Shown: positions 34,910 to 46,632 of the stretch, one piece after another
How the letters are laid out: each line of letters starts with the position of its first letter
How positions within the stretch are numbered: position 1 is the first letter of the stretch
Assembly: GCA_965216315.1 (NCBI GenBank)
Contig: CBDCFN010000016.1
Location: forward strand, 2,176,001 to 2,240,000
Reading direction: 5' to 3'
DNA length: 64,000 nucleotides
DNA from: a bacterium
Lineage (GTDB): Bacteria > UBA10199 > 2-02-FULL-50-16 > JAJFLM01
Program-made: the position numbers and the translations under genes
Notes under the pieces: generated by a model
What the model was told of the DNA's origin: nothing
Seen by the model: the letters and a program-made list of their open reading frames with translations, nothing else
Database searches by the model: none

Positions 34910-37579
34910 TCATTTACTAGCGAGTTGTCGTAACACGTACTGCAAAATTCCGCCATTACGGTAGTATTCCAACTCATCCGGCGTATCGATACGCGCCATC
35001 ATCTGAAAGTTTTTATCCGTCCCATCGACCTGCACTGTCACTTCTTGACGTGGCTTGAGCGCGGCAATGCCACTAATCGTGAACGATTCACTCCCCTTCA
35101 AGCCCAGAGAGACGGCATCTTCGCCTGCTTTAAATTGCAAGGGTAACACGCCCATTCCAACTAGGTTGGAACGATGGATGCGCTCATAACTCGTCGCAAG
35201 CACCGCCTTGACACCTAGTAGGGCGGTCCCTTTGGCGGCCCAATCGCGGGAAGAACCGGTCCCATATTCCTTCCCGGCGATAACGATCAAATCCGTCCCA
35301 TCGACTTGGTATTTCATCGCTGCATCGTAAATCGACTCCGTCTCCCCCGACGGTTGATAGACAGTCCATCCGCCTTCGGTTCCCGGAGCCAGCTGATTGC
35401 GCAGTCGAATATTCCCAAAGGTACCCCGCATCATCACTTCGTGATTGCCACGACGCGACCCATAACTATTAAAATCCTTAGCTTCCACGCCCCGTTCCAA
35501 GAGATAGGTCGTCGTAGGGCTGTCTTTGGGAATCGCCCCCGCAGGCGAGATATGATCTGTCGTTACCGAATCTCCGAGCAGGGCGAGGACCTTGGCCGCC
35601 TGAATATCCTGAAGCGGCGCGGGCTCTGCGTGCATCCCTTCAAAAAAAGGCGGGTGCTTGACGTAAGTCGAGCGGGTATCCCACTCATAAGTATCGCCTT
35701 TAGGCACCGGTAGTTGCTGCCAGGCTTCGTCTCCGTCAAAAATGCGCCCATATTCCTTTAAGAACATGTCCTGATCGAGCGCTTCATTCATCGCGGCCTG
35801 AATTTCTTCCTGGCTGGGCCAGATATCTTGGAGGAAAACATCCTGCCCGTCACGCCCCTGCCCCAGCGGTTCCTTGGTTATATCCACAGTCATATTGCCG
35901 GCAATCGCATAAGCGACGACAAGTGGCGGCGACGCAAGATAATTGGCTCGTACGTTCGGATTGATTCGCCCTTCAAAATTCCGATTGCCTGATAAGACTG
36001 AAACCGCAACTAAATCATTCGTTTCAATCCCTTGCGCAATATTCTCCGGAAGTGGTCCAGAGTTACCAATACACGTCGTACAACCATAACCCACGATGTT
36101 AAACTTGAGATCGGCTAAGGCCGTCATCAGACCGGCTTTTTCCAAGTAATCCGCAACCACCTTTGAGCCGGGAGCCAGACTCGTCTTGACCCAAGGCTTC
36201 ACGGTTAAGCCCCGCTCAACCGCTTTCTTGGCCAACAAGCCGGCCCCTATCATTACTGACGGGTTTGACGTATTCGTACAACTCGTAATGGCCGCAATCA
36301 CCACCGAACCGTGTTTTAATTGAAATGATTCCCCATCGTGAGTCACATCCGCCGACTTTGTTTCGTCACCGGCTGACACCATGGCATCTATGACACGTGA
36401 AAATGCCGCCTTGGATTCTGTCAGTGGCACTCGATCCTGGGGACGCTTCGGGCCGGCTAGACTCGCAACGATCGTCCCCAGGTCCAACTCTAAGGTATCG
36501 GTAAATTCCGGGTCCGGCATCGCCGGCGTGCGAAACAGTCCCTGCTCACTCAAATACGCCCTAACCAGATTGACCTGCTCCGCGCTGCGTCCCGAAAGCT
36601 GTAAATAGCGCAAGGTTTCCTCGTCGACGGGGAAAAAGCCCATCGTCGCCCCGTATTCAGGGGCCATATTGGCTATGGTCGCACGATCCGCTAAACTCAA
36701 ATGGTCTAAACCGGGCCCGAAAAACTCGACGAACTTACCGACAACGCCTTTTTCACGCAGTCGTTCAACGATCGTCAGGACCAAATCCGTCGCGGTCGTT
36801 CCCGCCGGCAACTCACCAACCAGACGAAATCCGACAACATCCGGAACAAGCATGCTGATCGCTTGCCCCAACATGGCGGCCTCGGCCTCAATACCACCAA
36901 CCCCCCAACCCAGGACACCTAAACCGTTAATCATGGTTGTATGTGAATCTGTTCCTACCAGGGTATCGGGATAGATTTCGTTCGCTTCATTCTTAAAAAC
37001 GACCGAAGCGAGATATTCTAAATTAACCTGATGAACAATACCGGCCCCCGGTGGGACAACACGAAAATTGTTGAACGCCTGCTGCCCCCAACGCAAAAAC
37101 TCATACCGTTCCCGATTACGCTCGAATTCGCGCTGTGTGTTATAGGCGAGCGCATCGGGCCCACCGAAGCGATCGACTTGAACCGAGTGGTCAATAACGA
37201 GATCGACCGGTTGCAGCGGATTGATCAATTTGGGATCCGCGCCCATAGCCTTGACGGCGTCGCGCATGGCAGCCAAGTCGACAACGGCCGGCACCCCGGT
37301 AAAATCTTGCAGAATGACACGCGCGGGTCGAAAGGCAATTTCAGGACGGCTTGCCGTCTGGGCCGGCCACGCCGCGAGAGCTTCAATATCCGCCTTGGTC
37401 ACCGTCTTGCCGTCTTCATGACGAAGCAGGTTTTCCAAGAGCACGCGAATGGAGACAGGCAGACGCTTTAGGTCATAACCCGCCTGGGCAAGCGCGGGTA
37501 GGCTCCAATAATGATAATCTTTGCCCTCAGCGTTCAAAGTCTTGAGGGCCGCAAATGAATCAGGTTGAGATGTAGACAT
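34910..37579 (-). CDS. acnA: Aconitate hydratase A
   Basis: [40 protein letters not shown]. Confidence 0.97.
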   Translation of the reverse strand: MSTSQPDSFAALKTLNAEGKDYHYWSLPALAQAGYDLKRLPVSIRVLLENLLRHEDGKTVTKADIEALAAWPAQTASRPEIAFRPARVILQDFTGVPAVVDLAAMRDAVKAMGADPKLINPLQPVDLVIDHSVQVDRFGGPDALAYNTQREFERNRERYEFLRWGQQAFNNFRVVPPGAGIVHQVNLEYLASVVFKNEANEIYPDTLVGTDSHTTMINGLGVLGWGVGGIEAEAAMLGQAISMLVPDVVGFRLVGELPAGTTATDLVLTIVERLREKGVVGKFVEFFGPGLDHLSLADRATIANMAPEYGATMGFFPVDEETLRYLQLSGRSAEQVNLVRAYLSEQGLFRTPAMPDPEFTDTLELDLGTIVASLAGPKRPQDRVPLTESKAAFSRVIDAMVSAGDETKSADVTHDGESFQLKHGSVVIAAITSCTNTSNPSVMIGAGLLAKKAVERGLTVKPWVKTSLAPGSKVVADYLEKAGLMTALADLKFNIVGYGCTTCIGNSGPLPENIAQGIETNDLVAVSVLSGNRNFEGRINPNVRANYLASPPLVVAYAIAGNMTVDITKEPLGQGRDGQDVFLQDIWPSQEEIQAAMNEALDQDMFLKEYGRIFDGDEAWQQLPVPKGDTYEWDTRSTYVKHPPFFEGMHAEPAPLQDIQAAKVLALLGDSVTTDHISPAGAIPKDSPTTTYLLERGVEAKDFNSYGSRRGNHEVMMRGTFGNIRLRNQLAPGTEGGWTVYQPSGETESIYDAAMKYQVDGTDLIVIAGKEYGTGSSRDWAAKGTALLGVKAVLATSYERIHRSNLVGMGVLPLQFKAGEDAVSLGLKGSESFTISGIAALKPRQEVTVQVDGTDKNFQMMARIDTPDELEYYRNGGILQYVLRQLASK

Positions 37580-37684
37580 GACGGAGCTTTAGTCGATATA
37601 CATTGAAATATCAAGTCGACCGGGCAAATGGTACCCCTACGATTTTTGTTTAATTCATTACTGACTATAGGTTACATAGAATTC

Positions 37685-39655
37685 ATGGCTGAAACCGCAA
37701 TAAAAACCTCTGAACGCCTCAACGACCTGACCGTCGTCACCTTTGAGAGCCGCATGGCTAAGAAAGTCGGCAAGCTGCTGGAACGCGAAGGGGCCACGCC
37801 CCTCTTGGCTCCATCGATGCAGGAAATTCCACTCAGTGAGAACTCAGAGGCCTTTCGCTTTTTCGAAAGTCTTCAAAATGGCAACGTTGATATCTTAATC
37901 TTGATGACAGGGGTTGGCACGCGAACCCTCATTGAGACCCTGGAAACACGCTTGAATCGTGACGATATCATTAATGCACTCAACCGCGTGAAAATTGTCG
38001 TTCGTGGCCCCAAACCAACAGCCGCCTGCAAGTCACTGGGAATTAAAATAGATCTCAGTGTCCCTGAGCCGAATACCTGGCGCGAGATCCTCAATACCCT
38101 CGATGAAGACATCCGTTTGAAGGGGAAAAATGTTGCGGTCCAGGAATACGGGATTGCTAACGAAGATTTTTATGAAGAACTCACTCTACGCGGGGCGACA
38201 ATTTGCCCGGTCCCCGTTTATAAGTGGGCCCTCCCGGACGATGTCGGCCCGCTACTCGAGGCCATTGAGCAAATCATCGCAGGTTCCGTCGACCTCGCCC
38301 TGTTTACCAGTGCCCATCAGGTCGTCAATCTACTCGCGCTTGCCAGAGAACGTAACAAAGAAGCCGAACTGCGCCGCGCGATGACTCGCGTTGGTATTGT
38401 TTCCATCGGCCCGACGACAAGTGCCCGACTGCGGCAAGCTCAATTTTTTACTGACTTGGAGGCCTCGCCTCATAAACTCGAGGATTTAATTGAACTCGCT
38501 GCGCAAAGCGGACCGCAGGTCGCCGCGCAAAAAAGGCAGCGCGCTGCACGTGCTTGGGTTCGTGTCGGGGCAGGAGCGGGATCCCACCCGGGCGCAGCAA
38601 GCAACGCCCCTACAAGCAATTATGATGATACATTATTGCTCCGCGCCTGTCGTCGCCAGCCAAATGAACGAATTCCGATTTGGCTCATGCGTCAAGCGGG
38701 CCGTTATATGGCCGAGTATCAAATGGTACGGCAAAAACTTGGTTTTTTAGACCTGTGCAAGAACCCGGAGCTGGCAGCCGAAGTCACTCTTTCAGCCTTA
38801 GAGCGTTTAGGGGTCGATGCAGCGATTATCTTTGCCGACATTCTCTTGCCGGTTGAACCGATGGGTATCGGCCTGGATTTCGCAAAAGGTGAAGGGCCAC
38901 GTATCCTGCGTCCAGTTCGCGATATCGCCGCTATTGAACAACTCCGGCCGGTCGATATCAATGAATCCCTGGGCTTTGTTCTTGAAGCGATTCGCAATGT
39001 CCGGAGCACGATGGACTCCCGCATCCCCCTCATCGGTTTTTGCGGGGCTCCGTTTACGATGGCCTCTTATATGATTGAGGGCAAAGGTTCGCGCAATTAT
39101 ATTCCCACGAAAACACTGATGCATAGCGAACCCAAGGCCTGGCACCAACTGATGGAAAAACTCGTCGCTGTGCAAATTGACTTTCTCACCGAACAACATA
39201 AGGCCGGCTGTCAGGTCCTGCAAATTTTTGATAGCTGGGTCGGAGCCCTCTCTCCTCAGGATTACGAAGAATATGTTCTTGTCCATGTTAAAAACCTCAT
39301 TCAGTCGCTTCCTAAAGATGTACCCGTCATTCATTTTGGCACGGGCACCGCAACGCTCCTCGAACTACAAAAACAAGCCGGCGGCGATGTCATTGGTCTA
39401 GACTGGCGCATGGACATCGGCCCGACCTGGGAACGATTAGGCGACGTTGCCATTCAAGGCAACCTGGACCCCGTTATTCTTTTTTCTGATTTGGATGTTA
39501 TTCGCGCCGAAGCCAAAAAGATACTCGACGCCGTCGGCCACAAACCCGGCTTTATCTTCAACCTCGGTCACGGCATCCTTCCCGAAACACCCGTCGATCA
39601 CGTCATGGCGTTAGTCGATTACGTTCATGAGTGGAAATTTCAGCAAAAGCAGTAA
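37685..39655 (+). CDS. hemE: Fused uroporphyrinogen-III synthase (HemD) - uroporphyrinogen decarboxylase (HemE)
   Basis: N-half FESR...RGPKP...PVYKW...FTSA...SIGPTTS (HemD); C-half PIWLMRQAGRY, FDSW, QGNLDP, NLGHG (HemE). Start at 37685 preferred over 37628. Confidence 0.9.
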   Translation: MAETAIKTSERLNDLTVVTFESRMAKKVGKLLEREGATPLLAPSMQEIPLSENSEAFRFFESLQNGNVDILILMTGVGTRTLIETLETRLNRDDIINALNRVKIVVRGPKPTAACKSLGIKIDLSVPEPNTWREILNTLDEDIRLKGKNVAVQEYGIANEDFYEELTLRGATICPVPVYKWALPDDVGPLLEAIEQIIAGSVDLALFTSAHQVVNLLALARERNKEAELRRAMTRVGIVSIGPTTSARLRQAQFFTDLEASPHKLEDLIELAAQSGPQVAAQKRQRAARAWVRVGAGAGSHPGAASNAPTSNYDDTLLLRACRRQPNERIPIWLMRQAGRYMAEYQMVRQKLGFLDLCKNPELAAEVTLSALERLGVDAAIIFADILLPVEPMGIGLDFAKGEGPRILRPVRDIAAIEQLRPVDINESLGFVLEAIRNVRSTMDSRIPLIGFCGAPFTMASYMIEGKGSRNYIPTKTLMHSEPKAWHQLMEKLVAVQIDFLTEQHKAGCQVLQIFDSWVGALSPQDYEEYVLVHVKNLIQSLPKDVPVIHFGTGTATLLELQKQAGGDVIGLDWRMDIGPTWERLGDVAIQGNLDPVILFSDLDVIRAEAKKILDAVGHKPGFIFNLGHGILPETPVDHVMALVDYVHEWKFQQKQ

Positions 39656-39676
39656 CGGTTTGTGAGTTCTCAAATG

Positions 39677-39710
39677 AAAAGCGCCCGCAGCCTGAATCGG
39701 TTGCGGGCGC
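39677..39710 (-). terminator. Intrinsic terminator hairpin between convergent hemE and hemH
   Basis: GCGCCCGCAACC...GGCTGCGGGCGC followed by TTTT on the minus strand. Confidence 0.75.
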
Positions 39711-39742
39711 CTTATGGAGGCAGAGTGATTTTAGGTGCGTAT
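39677..39742 (-). ncRNA. Candidate ~65-nt small RNA
   Basis: Lies between the promoter-motif variant at 39748-39775 and the terminator; contains CCUCCAU. Inference only. Confidence 0.35.
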
Positions 39743-39841
39743 ACATATTATCGAAATCAATGGGCTCCATGTTGCTAAAATCTTAATAAATACATATTAT
39801 TATGGATTCATTTGTATACAAATAATTAATATTTAATTATT

Positions 39842-40852
39842 TCAATGCCTTATGAGATCACAAACGGCCTGCACCCAGCGGGGGTGGGTATTGGGGCAGG
39901 GAACCAGGTCGAGGCGCTCTCCTCCGGCCTCCAGAAAGGCGGCGCGATTGCGAATCCCGTTCTCTTCAATTGTCTCCAGACAATCAGCAACGAAGGACGG
40001 ACAAAACATCGTAACTTTCTTCTTACCGCCCCGCGCCAATTCTAATAAAATTTTATCCGTATGCGGCTCGATCCACGGCGTTCGCCCCAGTCGTGACTGA
40101 AAACAGACACTGTACGCATCTTTCGTCAGTCCCAGTCCTTTCCCAATCAACTCTGCCGTCACAAAACATTGATGACGATAACAATAATGATTTTCGAGCG
40201 TGTCATTGAGACAACAATCAGGACGAATCAAGCAATACGTACCACTACGATCACTTTTTCGAATCTGGCGCTCCGGCAAACCGTGAAAGCTGAACAAAAC
40301 GTGATCTGCCTGCGTTCCTTCTACAACGGGACGCCCTATCTCAACAAAGCTTTCTATAAACCCCGGATCATCATAGAAAGGATGCAGAATGCTCAGCTTC
40401 GGCGGATCCCACAGCTCATGCGCAAGCTTTAATACCGCTGCCACCGCTGAACCCGTCGCTGCCGCTGAATATTGCGGATACAACGGTAAGACACGAATCG
40501 CCGTCGCGCCTCTTCGAATGAGTGTCTCCAGTGCCTGCTCGACGGAAGGTCTGCCATAGCGCATGCCCAATTCGACACAGTAACGCCCCCCTAATTTTTC
40601 TTGCACCTGGCGGACGAGCTCCGCTCCGTGTACGAGCAAAGGTGATCCTGAGTCTGTCCATATTTTTCGATAGGCCGCGGCACTCTTGGGGGCTCGAAAC
40701 GGGGCAATGATGCAATTGACGAGAAACCAGCGGGACAGCGCGGGAATATCAATAACGCGCGGATCGGATAGAAACTCTCTTAGATAACGCCGCGTCGCCG
40801 CGGTTGTCGGCTTATCGGGAGTCCCCACATTGACGAGCAAGACGCCTATCAT
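39842..40852 (-). CDS. hemH: Ferrochelatase
   Basis: LLVNVGTP, PLYPQYS, FSFHGLP, FQSRLG..PW, FVADCLET.EE. Confidence 0.96.
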   Translation of the reverse strand: MIGVLLVNVGTPDKPTTAATRRYLREFLSDPRVIDIPALSRWFLVNCIIAPFRAPKSAAAYRKIWTDSGSPLLVHGAELVRQVQEKLGGRYCVELGMRYGRPSVEQALETLIRRGATAIRVLPLYPQYSAAATGSAVAAVLKLAHELWDPPKLSILHPFYDDPGFIESFVEIGRPVVEGTQADHVLFSFHGLPERQIRKSDRSGTYCLIRPDCCLNDTLENHYCYRHQCFVTAELIGKGLGLTKDAYSVCFQSRLGRTPWIEPHTDKILLELARGGKKKVTMFCPSFVADCLETIEENGIRNRAAFLEAGGERLDLVPCPNTHPRWVQAVCDLIRH

Positions 40853-41289
40853 TAGGAACCTGGTCGAATAACCACCATAATCACGATGAGTATCAAAAGG
40901 AGCGTGGGCACTTCGTTAATAATGCGGCAGGCCCGCTCTGAAAGCGGCCGATGACCATCGAGCATTTTTCCGTGAATACTCGTTGCAAAAAAATGGTATG
41001 CCATCAGGCCCAATACACCCGCCAGTTTGGCCTGAAACCACGGCTGTGACATGATCGACGGCGCCATTGTCACCATCAAGGCACCAAACACAAGAGTCAA
41101 GACCATGGCCGGGTACATGATAATATAAATGAGGCGACGCTCCATAATCGAAAAGATCTTCGCTTCTCTTGGATCATCCCAGTTCTGAATATGATAAACA
41201 AACAACCTGAAGATATAGAACATCCCGGCAAACCAGGCCACCATCGTAATGATATGAAACGCCTTAAACCAAAGATATGCCGTAATCAC
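40852..41289 (-). CDS. hemJ: Protoporphyrinogen IX oxidase HemJ
   Basis: KAFHI...WFAG.FY..RLFVYH, MERRL, NEVPT. Confidence 0.93.
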   Translation of the reverse strand: MITAYLWFKAFHIITMVAWFAGMFYIFRLFVYHIQNWDDPREAKIFSIMERRLIYIIMYPAMVLTLVFGALMVTMAPSIMSQPWFQAKLAGVLGLMAYHFFATSIHGKMLDGHRPLSERACRIINEVPTLLLILIVIMVVIRPGS

Positions 41290-41609
41290 TAAGTTGGCAC
41301 CTCAGTATAAAAAGGATTCGCACCGGCATTGTGATCCGTCACATCGATCACCTCTGCCACCTCGGGTATCAGTTCCTTTATCCGCATTTCGACACCCATT
41401 GTCATCGTCAAGGTAGAAGCCGCGCAACCTTGGCAACCTCCTCCAAACTTTAAATAGGCCTGACGATCGCGCACCGAATCAAGCTCGACCGAGCCACCGT
41501 GAGAAGCAAGTTTGGGATTTATTTCACCAGCAATTAGCTCGCGAATCCGCGAGGCAATTATCTTGTCCGTAATCGGCTTGTCGCGCTTTAGGAAGGATAA
41601 TAAGCCCAT
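41289..41609 (-). CDS. NifU/NfuA-like Fe-S carrier
   Basis: INP.LASHGG, GGCQGC, DVTDH..GANPFY. Confidence 0.9.
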   Translation of the reverse strand: MGLLSFLKRDKPITDKIIASRIRELIAGEINPKLASHGGSVELDSVRDRQAYLKFGGGCQGCAASTLTMTMGVEMRIKELIPEVAEVIDVTDHNAGANPFYTEVPT

Positions 41610-41636
41610 ATTATGTGAATAATCACATCTCCAACA

Positions 41637-42065
41637 TTAATCCCAGACGATATTTTGTATTTCATTATCTGAGAAAAAATGTCCAATCTCAAATTGCGCT
41701 GTTTCCGGCGCATCGGAGCCATGAACCACATTACATTGAATATCACTGCCAAAATCGGCCCGGATCGTGCCTTTTTCAGCATCGGCAGGGTTGGTGGCTC
41801 CCATCAACGCCCGATTCTTCTGGATGACACCTTCCCCTTCCAGCGCCATCACGACACAGGGACCCGAGGTCATAAATTCGATAACGTCATTAAAAAAGGG
41901 CTTATCCTTATGGACGGCATAAAAACCCTCGGCTTGCGCCTTATCCATGTGAATGAGTTTCATCGCGACGATTTTGATGCCATTTGATTCAAAGCGCTTG
42001 ATTACTTCGCCGATCAATTTTTTGCGTACGCCATCTGGCTTGACGATAGAGAGAGTCCGTTCCAT
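41637..42065 (-). CDS. ndk: Nucleoside diphosphate kinase
   Basis: [24 protein letters not shown]. Confidence 0.97.
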   Translation of the reverse strand: MERTLSIVKPDGVRKKLIGEVIKRFESNGIKIVAMKLIHMDKAQAEGFYAVHKDKPFFNDVIEFMTSGPCVVMALEGEGVIQKNRALMGATNPADAEKGTIRADFGSDIQCNVVHGSDAPETAQFEIGHFFSDNEIQNIVWD

Positions 42066-42089
42066 TGCCGAGTTCCTTTCTAAGAATCT

Positions 42090-42965
42090 TTAATTCGGGT
42101 TATAAATTGATTTCAAAGTCGCGCCAATCTCCGCCGTGGTCGGCGCAACGGCTACACCCGCTTTTTCAAAAGCCGCAATTTTTTCCTTAGCGGTTCCCTT
42201 ACCCCCTGCAATAATCGCGCCGGCATGTCCCATCCGTTTACCTGGCGGGGCCGTTTGACCTGCAATCATTGAAACTACCGGTTTCTTGACTGTCGATTGA
42301 ATGTATTCCGCAGCCTCTTCTTCGGCAGACCCACCGATCTCACCGATAAGAATAATCGCTTCGGTTTCCGGATCTTGTTCAAAGAGTTCCAGGCACTCAA
42401 TAAAATCCAGCCCCTTGACCGGATCCCCACCGATTCCGATACAAGTGGATTGCCCGAGACCCATGCGTGTCACCTGGTCAACGGCCTCATAGGTCAAGGT
42501 CCCCGACCGAGAGACCACGCCTACTTTGCCGGGGCGATGGATCTGACCGGGCATGATGCCGATCTTACATTCCCCGGGGGTGATAATGCCCGGACAGTTG
42601 GGACCAATCAGACGTGTCCGCGCCCCCTTAATAGCCTCTTTCACCTTAACCATGTCCAGAATAGGAATTCCTTCCGTAATGCAGACAACCAAATCAAGAT
42701 CAGCCTCGACCGCTTCTAGGATAGCGGCCGCTGCAAAGCGAGGTGGCACATAAATAACCGAAACCGAAGCTCCCGTCGACTCCTGGGCCTCTTTAACGGT
42801 ATTAAAAATAGGAATGCCTTCGAATTCCTGTCCGCCTTTTTTGGGCGTCACGCCGGCAACCATTTGAGTTCCATACTCGACACCCAACCGTGTATGAAAC
42901 TGCCCTGTTTTCCCGGTAATCCCTTGAGTCATTACTTTAGTATCTTTATTAACGAGGACTGACAT
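42090..42965 (-). CDS. sucD: Succinyl-CoA ligase alpha subunit
   Basis: [27 protein letters not shown]. Confidence 0.97.
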   Translation of the reverse strand: MSVLVNKDTKVMTQGITGKTGQFHTRLGVEYGTQMVAGVTPKKGGQEFEGIPIFNTVKEAQESTGASVSVIYVPPRFAAAAILEAVEADLDLVVCITEGIPILDMVKVKEAIKGARTRLIGPNCPGIITPGECKIGIMPGQIHRPGKVGVVSRSGTLTYEAVDQVTRMGLGQSTCIGIGGDPVKGLDFIECLELFEQDPETEAIILIGEIGGSAEEEAAEYIQSTVKKPVVSMIAGQTAPPGKRMGHAGAIIAGGKGTAKEKIAAFEKAGVAVAPTTAEIGATLKSIYNPN

Positions 42966-44122
42966 TACTTCCCCACCTCCACGACTTTTTGGGCCGCCTT
43001 GGCCAAATCGTCTTCTGATATCAAATCCAACCCCGACTCTTCGAGTATTTTCTTGCCTAATTCCACATTGGTTCCCTGCAATCGAACCACAACAGGCACT
43101 TTAATATGAACCTCTTTAGCCGCCGCGACAACACCCTCGGCAATGACGTCGCAACGCATAATACCGCCGAAAATATTAACGAGTATCGCCTTAACGTGAG
43201 GATCCCCTAAAATGATTTTAAATGCCTCGGTCACTTTTTCTGCGGTGGCGCCGCCACCAACATCGAGAAAGTTAGCCGGCTCCCCTCCGTAGTGTTTAAT
43301 GATATCCATGGTGGCCATCGCCAAGCCGGCCCCATTGACCATACAACCCACGTTGCCATCGAGTTTGATATAGGACAGATCGTGCTCATTGGCAGCCATT
43401 TCACCGGGTTCTTCTTCATCAAGATCGCGCAACTCCTGATAATCCGGATGACGGAACAACGCATTGTCATCAAAGTTGATCTTGGCATCCAAAGCCAGCA
43501 GCTTGTTGTCTCCCGTCACGACTAGCGGATTGATCTCCACCAGACTGCAGTCCGCTTCGACGTAGGCACTGTAGAGCTTGGTAACAAAATCATAAAAGGT
43601 CGCACCGAGATCGCCATCGAGTCCCAACTTGGCCGCTATATCGCGCGCCTGGCCTTCATCAACGCCCGCCGCAGGATCGACAGGGAGTTTGAAAATCTTT
43701 TCCGGGGACTTTGCCGCCACTTCTTCGATGTCCATGCCCCCTTCGGCACTCGCCATGAAGGTCACATGAGAGGTTACACGATCGAGGGTTGCGCCAAGAT
43801 AGAGTTCACGCGCAATGTCGCAGCCCTTCTCGATCAATACCTTCTTCACCAGCTTGCCTTCCGGTCCGGTCTGGTGGGTCACGAGGTTCATGCCTAGGAT
43901 GGCATCCGCAGCCTCACGGGCCGCTGCTTGATCCTTGACCAGCTTGACCCCACCGCCCTTGCCGCGCCCGCCGGCATGGATCTGGGCCTTGACGACGACG
44001 GGATAGCCTAAGGAATCGGCCGCCGAAACCGCCTCATCAACGTCATAGGTTATTTGGCCTTCAGGCACGGGCACGCCGTACTTCCGAAGGATTTCCTTGC
44101 CTTGATATTCGTGGATTTTCAT
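42965..44122 (-). CDS. sucC: Succinyl-CoA ligase beta subunit
   Basis: [30 protein letters not shown]. Confidence 0.97.
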   Translation of the reverse strand: MKIHEYQGKEILRKYGVPVPEGQITYDVDEAVSAADSLGYPVVVKAQIHAGGRGKGGGVKLVKDQAAAREAADAILGMNLVTHQTGPEGKLVKKVLIEKGCDIARELYLGATLDRVTSHVTFMASAEGGMDIEEVAAKSPEKIFKLPVDPAAGVDEGQARDIAAKLGLDGDLGATFYDFVTKLYSAYVEADCSLVEINPLVVTGDNKLLALDAKINFDDNALFRHPDYQELRDLDEEEPGEMAANEHDLSYIKLDGNVGCMVNGAGLAMATMDIIKHYGGEPANFLDVGGGATAEKVTEAFKIILGDPHVKAILVNIFGGIMRCDVIAEGVVAAAKEVHIKVPVVVRLQGTNVELGKKILEESGLDLISEDDLAKAAQKVVEVGK

Positions 44123-44124
44123 AA

Positions 44125-44883
44125 TTATTTTCCGAGCAGTTTTTTAAAGATTCGTTTGGTCGCCGCGCGTTCCATCTCGGCGATCGAGTAGGTGAGAGGG
44201 ATTTCTTTGGGACATACCTCGACGCAGTTTTGGGCGTTGCCGCAGGACTCCAAACCGCCCTCTTCCATCAGGGCATCGAGGCGAACATCTTCCTGCATCT
44301 TGCCGGTCGGATGGCTGTTAAATAATCTAACCTGTGAAATCGCCGCAGCACCGATGAAAGGGCTGTTTTTATTGACCTGAGGACAGGCCTCCAGACAACA
44401 GCCACAGGTCATACAGCGCGACAATTCATAGGCCATCTGTTGAACGTCCGGAGCCACCTTCGGTCCGGGACCCAGGTCATAAGAACCATCGATCGGGATC
44501 CAGGCCTGCACTTTCTTTAAGGCATTAAACATCTTGGTTCGATCGACGCGCAGATCGCGAATCGTCGGGAATTTACTCATCGGTTCGACACGGATGGGCT
44601 TTTCGAGCTGATCAACTAGCGCTGAACAGGCCTGCCGCACACGACCATTGATGACCATCGTACAGGCCCCGCAAACTTCTTCGAGACACGAACTTTCCCA
44701 GATTACCGGTGTCGTCTTCTTACCCTTGGCATTAACGGGGTTTTTCTGAATTTCCAGTAGCGCGGAAATCACATTCATCGCCCGATGATGCGTGACCTCA
44801 AAGTCCTCCCAATAGGGATCCGCATTGGGGCCGTCTTGACGCCTTATTTTAAAAGGAACGGTCTTTTGTTTCTCGATGGTCAT
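44125..44883 (-). CDS. sdhB: Succinate dehydrogenase Fe-S subunit (Bacillus-type)
   Basis: [32 protein letters not shown]. Confidence 0.95.
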   Translation of the reverse strand: MTIEKQKTVPFKIRRQDGPNADPYWEDFEVTHHRAMNVISALLEIQKNPVNAKGKKTTPVIWESSCLEEVCGACTMVINGRVRQACSALVDQLEKPIRVEPMSKFPTIRDLRVDRTKMFNALKKVQAWIPIDGSYDLGPGPKVAPDVQQMAYELSRCMTCGCCLEACPQVNKNSPFIGAAAISQVRLFNSHPTGKMQEDVRLDALMEEGGLESCGNAQNCVEVCPKEIPLTYSIAEMERAATKRIFKKLLGK

Positions 44884-44886
44884 CGT

Positions 44887-46632
44887 TTATTTATCATAGC
44901 GGCGAGGCCGCGGTTTTATGTACTGGATATCAACATCCTCGTAACTGAATTCAGGCGCCTCCGGCTTGAATTTCGCCTTTGTCGTCTTCAGCCAGTTCTC
45001 ATCATCGCGCTCCGGAAATTCGGGCTTATAATGGGCACCACGACTCTCATTGCGCTTAAAGGCGCCAATCGCAATGACCCGCGCCAACTGCAACATATTG
45101 CCAAGTTGGCGCGCAAATAATAATTCTTCGTTGGCCCAGGTGCCGGTATCCGGCAAACCGATATTTTTATACCTCTCGATAAATTCCTGAATCATTTGAT
45201 CTGCCTTGGCCAGCTTATCATTTTGACGAATAACCGTGCAGTATTCGGTCATCATCGCACCCAACTCCTGTTGCAAAACATGGGGGTTTTCATCGCCGGA
45301 GGATTTAACCAGCGCTTCGTTTAATTCTTCTTGGCGTCTGACTTCTTCCATAAAAAACGCCGCATTGACGTCATCTGAAGAGGACTCGAGTCCGCCGGCA
45401 TACTCGACCGCATTCGGACCGGTAATGAGCCCACCGTAAATGCAACTCATCAATGAATTGGCACCTAGACGATTCGCTCCATGATATTGATACTCGCACT
45501 CACCGGCAGCAAACAAGCCTTCAATATTGGTCATTTGATTAAAATCGACCCAAAGGCCACCCATGGAGTAATGCATGGATGGGAACACCCTCATCGCAAC
45601 TTTCTTCGGGTCATCCCCAACGAATTTTTCATAGATCTCCAGAACACCACCCAATTTTTCCTGCAACATATCGGGATCTAAATGGGATACATCAAGAAAT
45701 ACCTGCGGTTTACCATCAATACCCAAGCCCAGCTCATAAACAGCTTTAAAAATCGCCCGCGTCGCCACATCACGCGGAACGAGATTACCGTATTTGGGAT
45801 ACCATTCTTCCAGAAAATACCATGGCTTGCCATCCTTATAGACCCAGACGCGACCTCCCTCGCCCCGAACCGATTCGGAAATCAAACGATTCTTATCATC
45901 TCCCGGAATCGCCGTAGGATGAACCTGAATAAATTCTCCATTGGCGTAGTAGACACCCTGCTGATAAACCGATGCCGTCGCACTCCCCGTACAAATACCT
46001 GACATCGTCGATCGCCCGTAGATAGCCCCCGGACCCCCGGTGCAAAGAATGACCGCATCCGCTTTAAAAGCAACAACTTCCATCGTCGAACGGTTGATCG
46101 CAACAATACCGCGACATCTGCGCGCATTATCGAGGACGAGCGAAAGAAACTCCCACCCTTCATACTTTGTTATATTGCCTTCGGTCTCATAGCGGCGAAC
46201 CTGCTCATCTAAGGCATACAGCAGCTGTTGTCCCGTTGTCGCCCCGGCAAACGCGGTCCGATGATGAAGTGTTCCGCCAAAACGTCTAAAATCTATCAGC
46301 CCTTCCGCCGTCCGGTTGAACATGACACCCATACGATCCAACATGTAAATAATCGACGGCGCGCGCTCGCACATATTCTTGATGGGAGTCTGGTTTCCTA
46401 AAAAATCGCCGCCATAAACCGTGTCATCAAAATGTTGCCAGGGACTATCTCCTTCCCCTTTCGTATCCACCGCGGCATTAATACCGCCCTGCGCACACAC
46501 GGAATGGGAACGACGCACCGGAACGACGCTAAACAGGTCTACCTGTCCGCCTCTTTCCGCAATGCTCATTGAGGCCGCTAGTCCAGCGAGACCCCCTCCA
46601 ACAACGATAATTCTTGGATTTGTGTTTGCCAT
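44887..46632 (-). CDS. sdhA: Succinate dehydrogenase flavoprotein
   Basis: GGGLAG, RSHSVCAQGG, HYSMGG, HGANRLGANSL. Confidence 0.96.
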   Translation of the reverse strand: MANTNPRIIVVGGGLAGLAASMSIAERGGQVDLFSVVPVRRSHSVCAQGGINAAVDTKGEGDSPWQHFDDTVYGGDFLGNQTPIKNMCERAPSIIYMLDRMGVMFNRTAEGLIDFRRFGGTLHHRTAFAGATTGQQLLYALDEQVRRYETEGNITKYEGWEFLSLVLDNARRCRGIVAINRSTMEVVAFKADAVILCTGGPGAIYGRSTMSGICTGSATASVYQQGVYYANGEFIQVHPTAIPGDDKNRLISESVRGEGGRVWVYKDGKPWYFLEEWYPKYGNLVPRDVATRAIFKAVYELGLGIDGKPQVFLDVSHLDPDMLQEKLGGVLEIYEKFVGDDPKKVAMRVFPSMHYSMGGLWVDFNQMTNIEGLFAAGECEYQYHGANRLGANSLMSCIYGGLITGPNAVEYAGGLESSSDDVNAAFFMEEVRRQEELNEALVKSSGDENPHVLQQELGAMMTEYCTVIRQNDKLAKADQMIQEFIERYKNIGLPDTGTWANEELLFARQLGNMLQLARVIAIGAFKRNESRGAHYKPEFPERDDENWLKTTKAKFKPEAPEFSYEDVDIQYIKPRPRRYDK

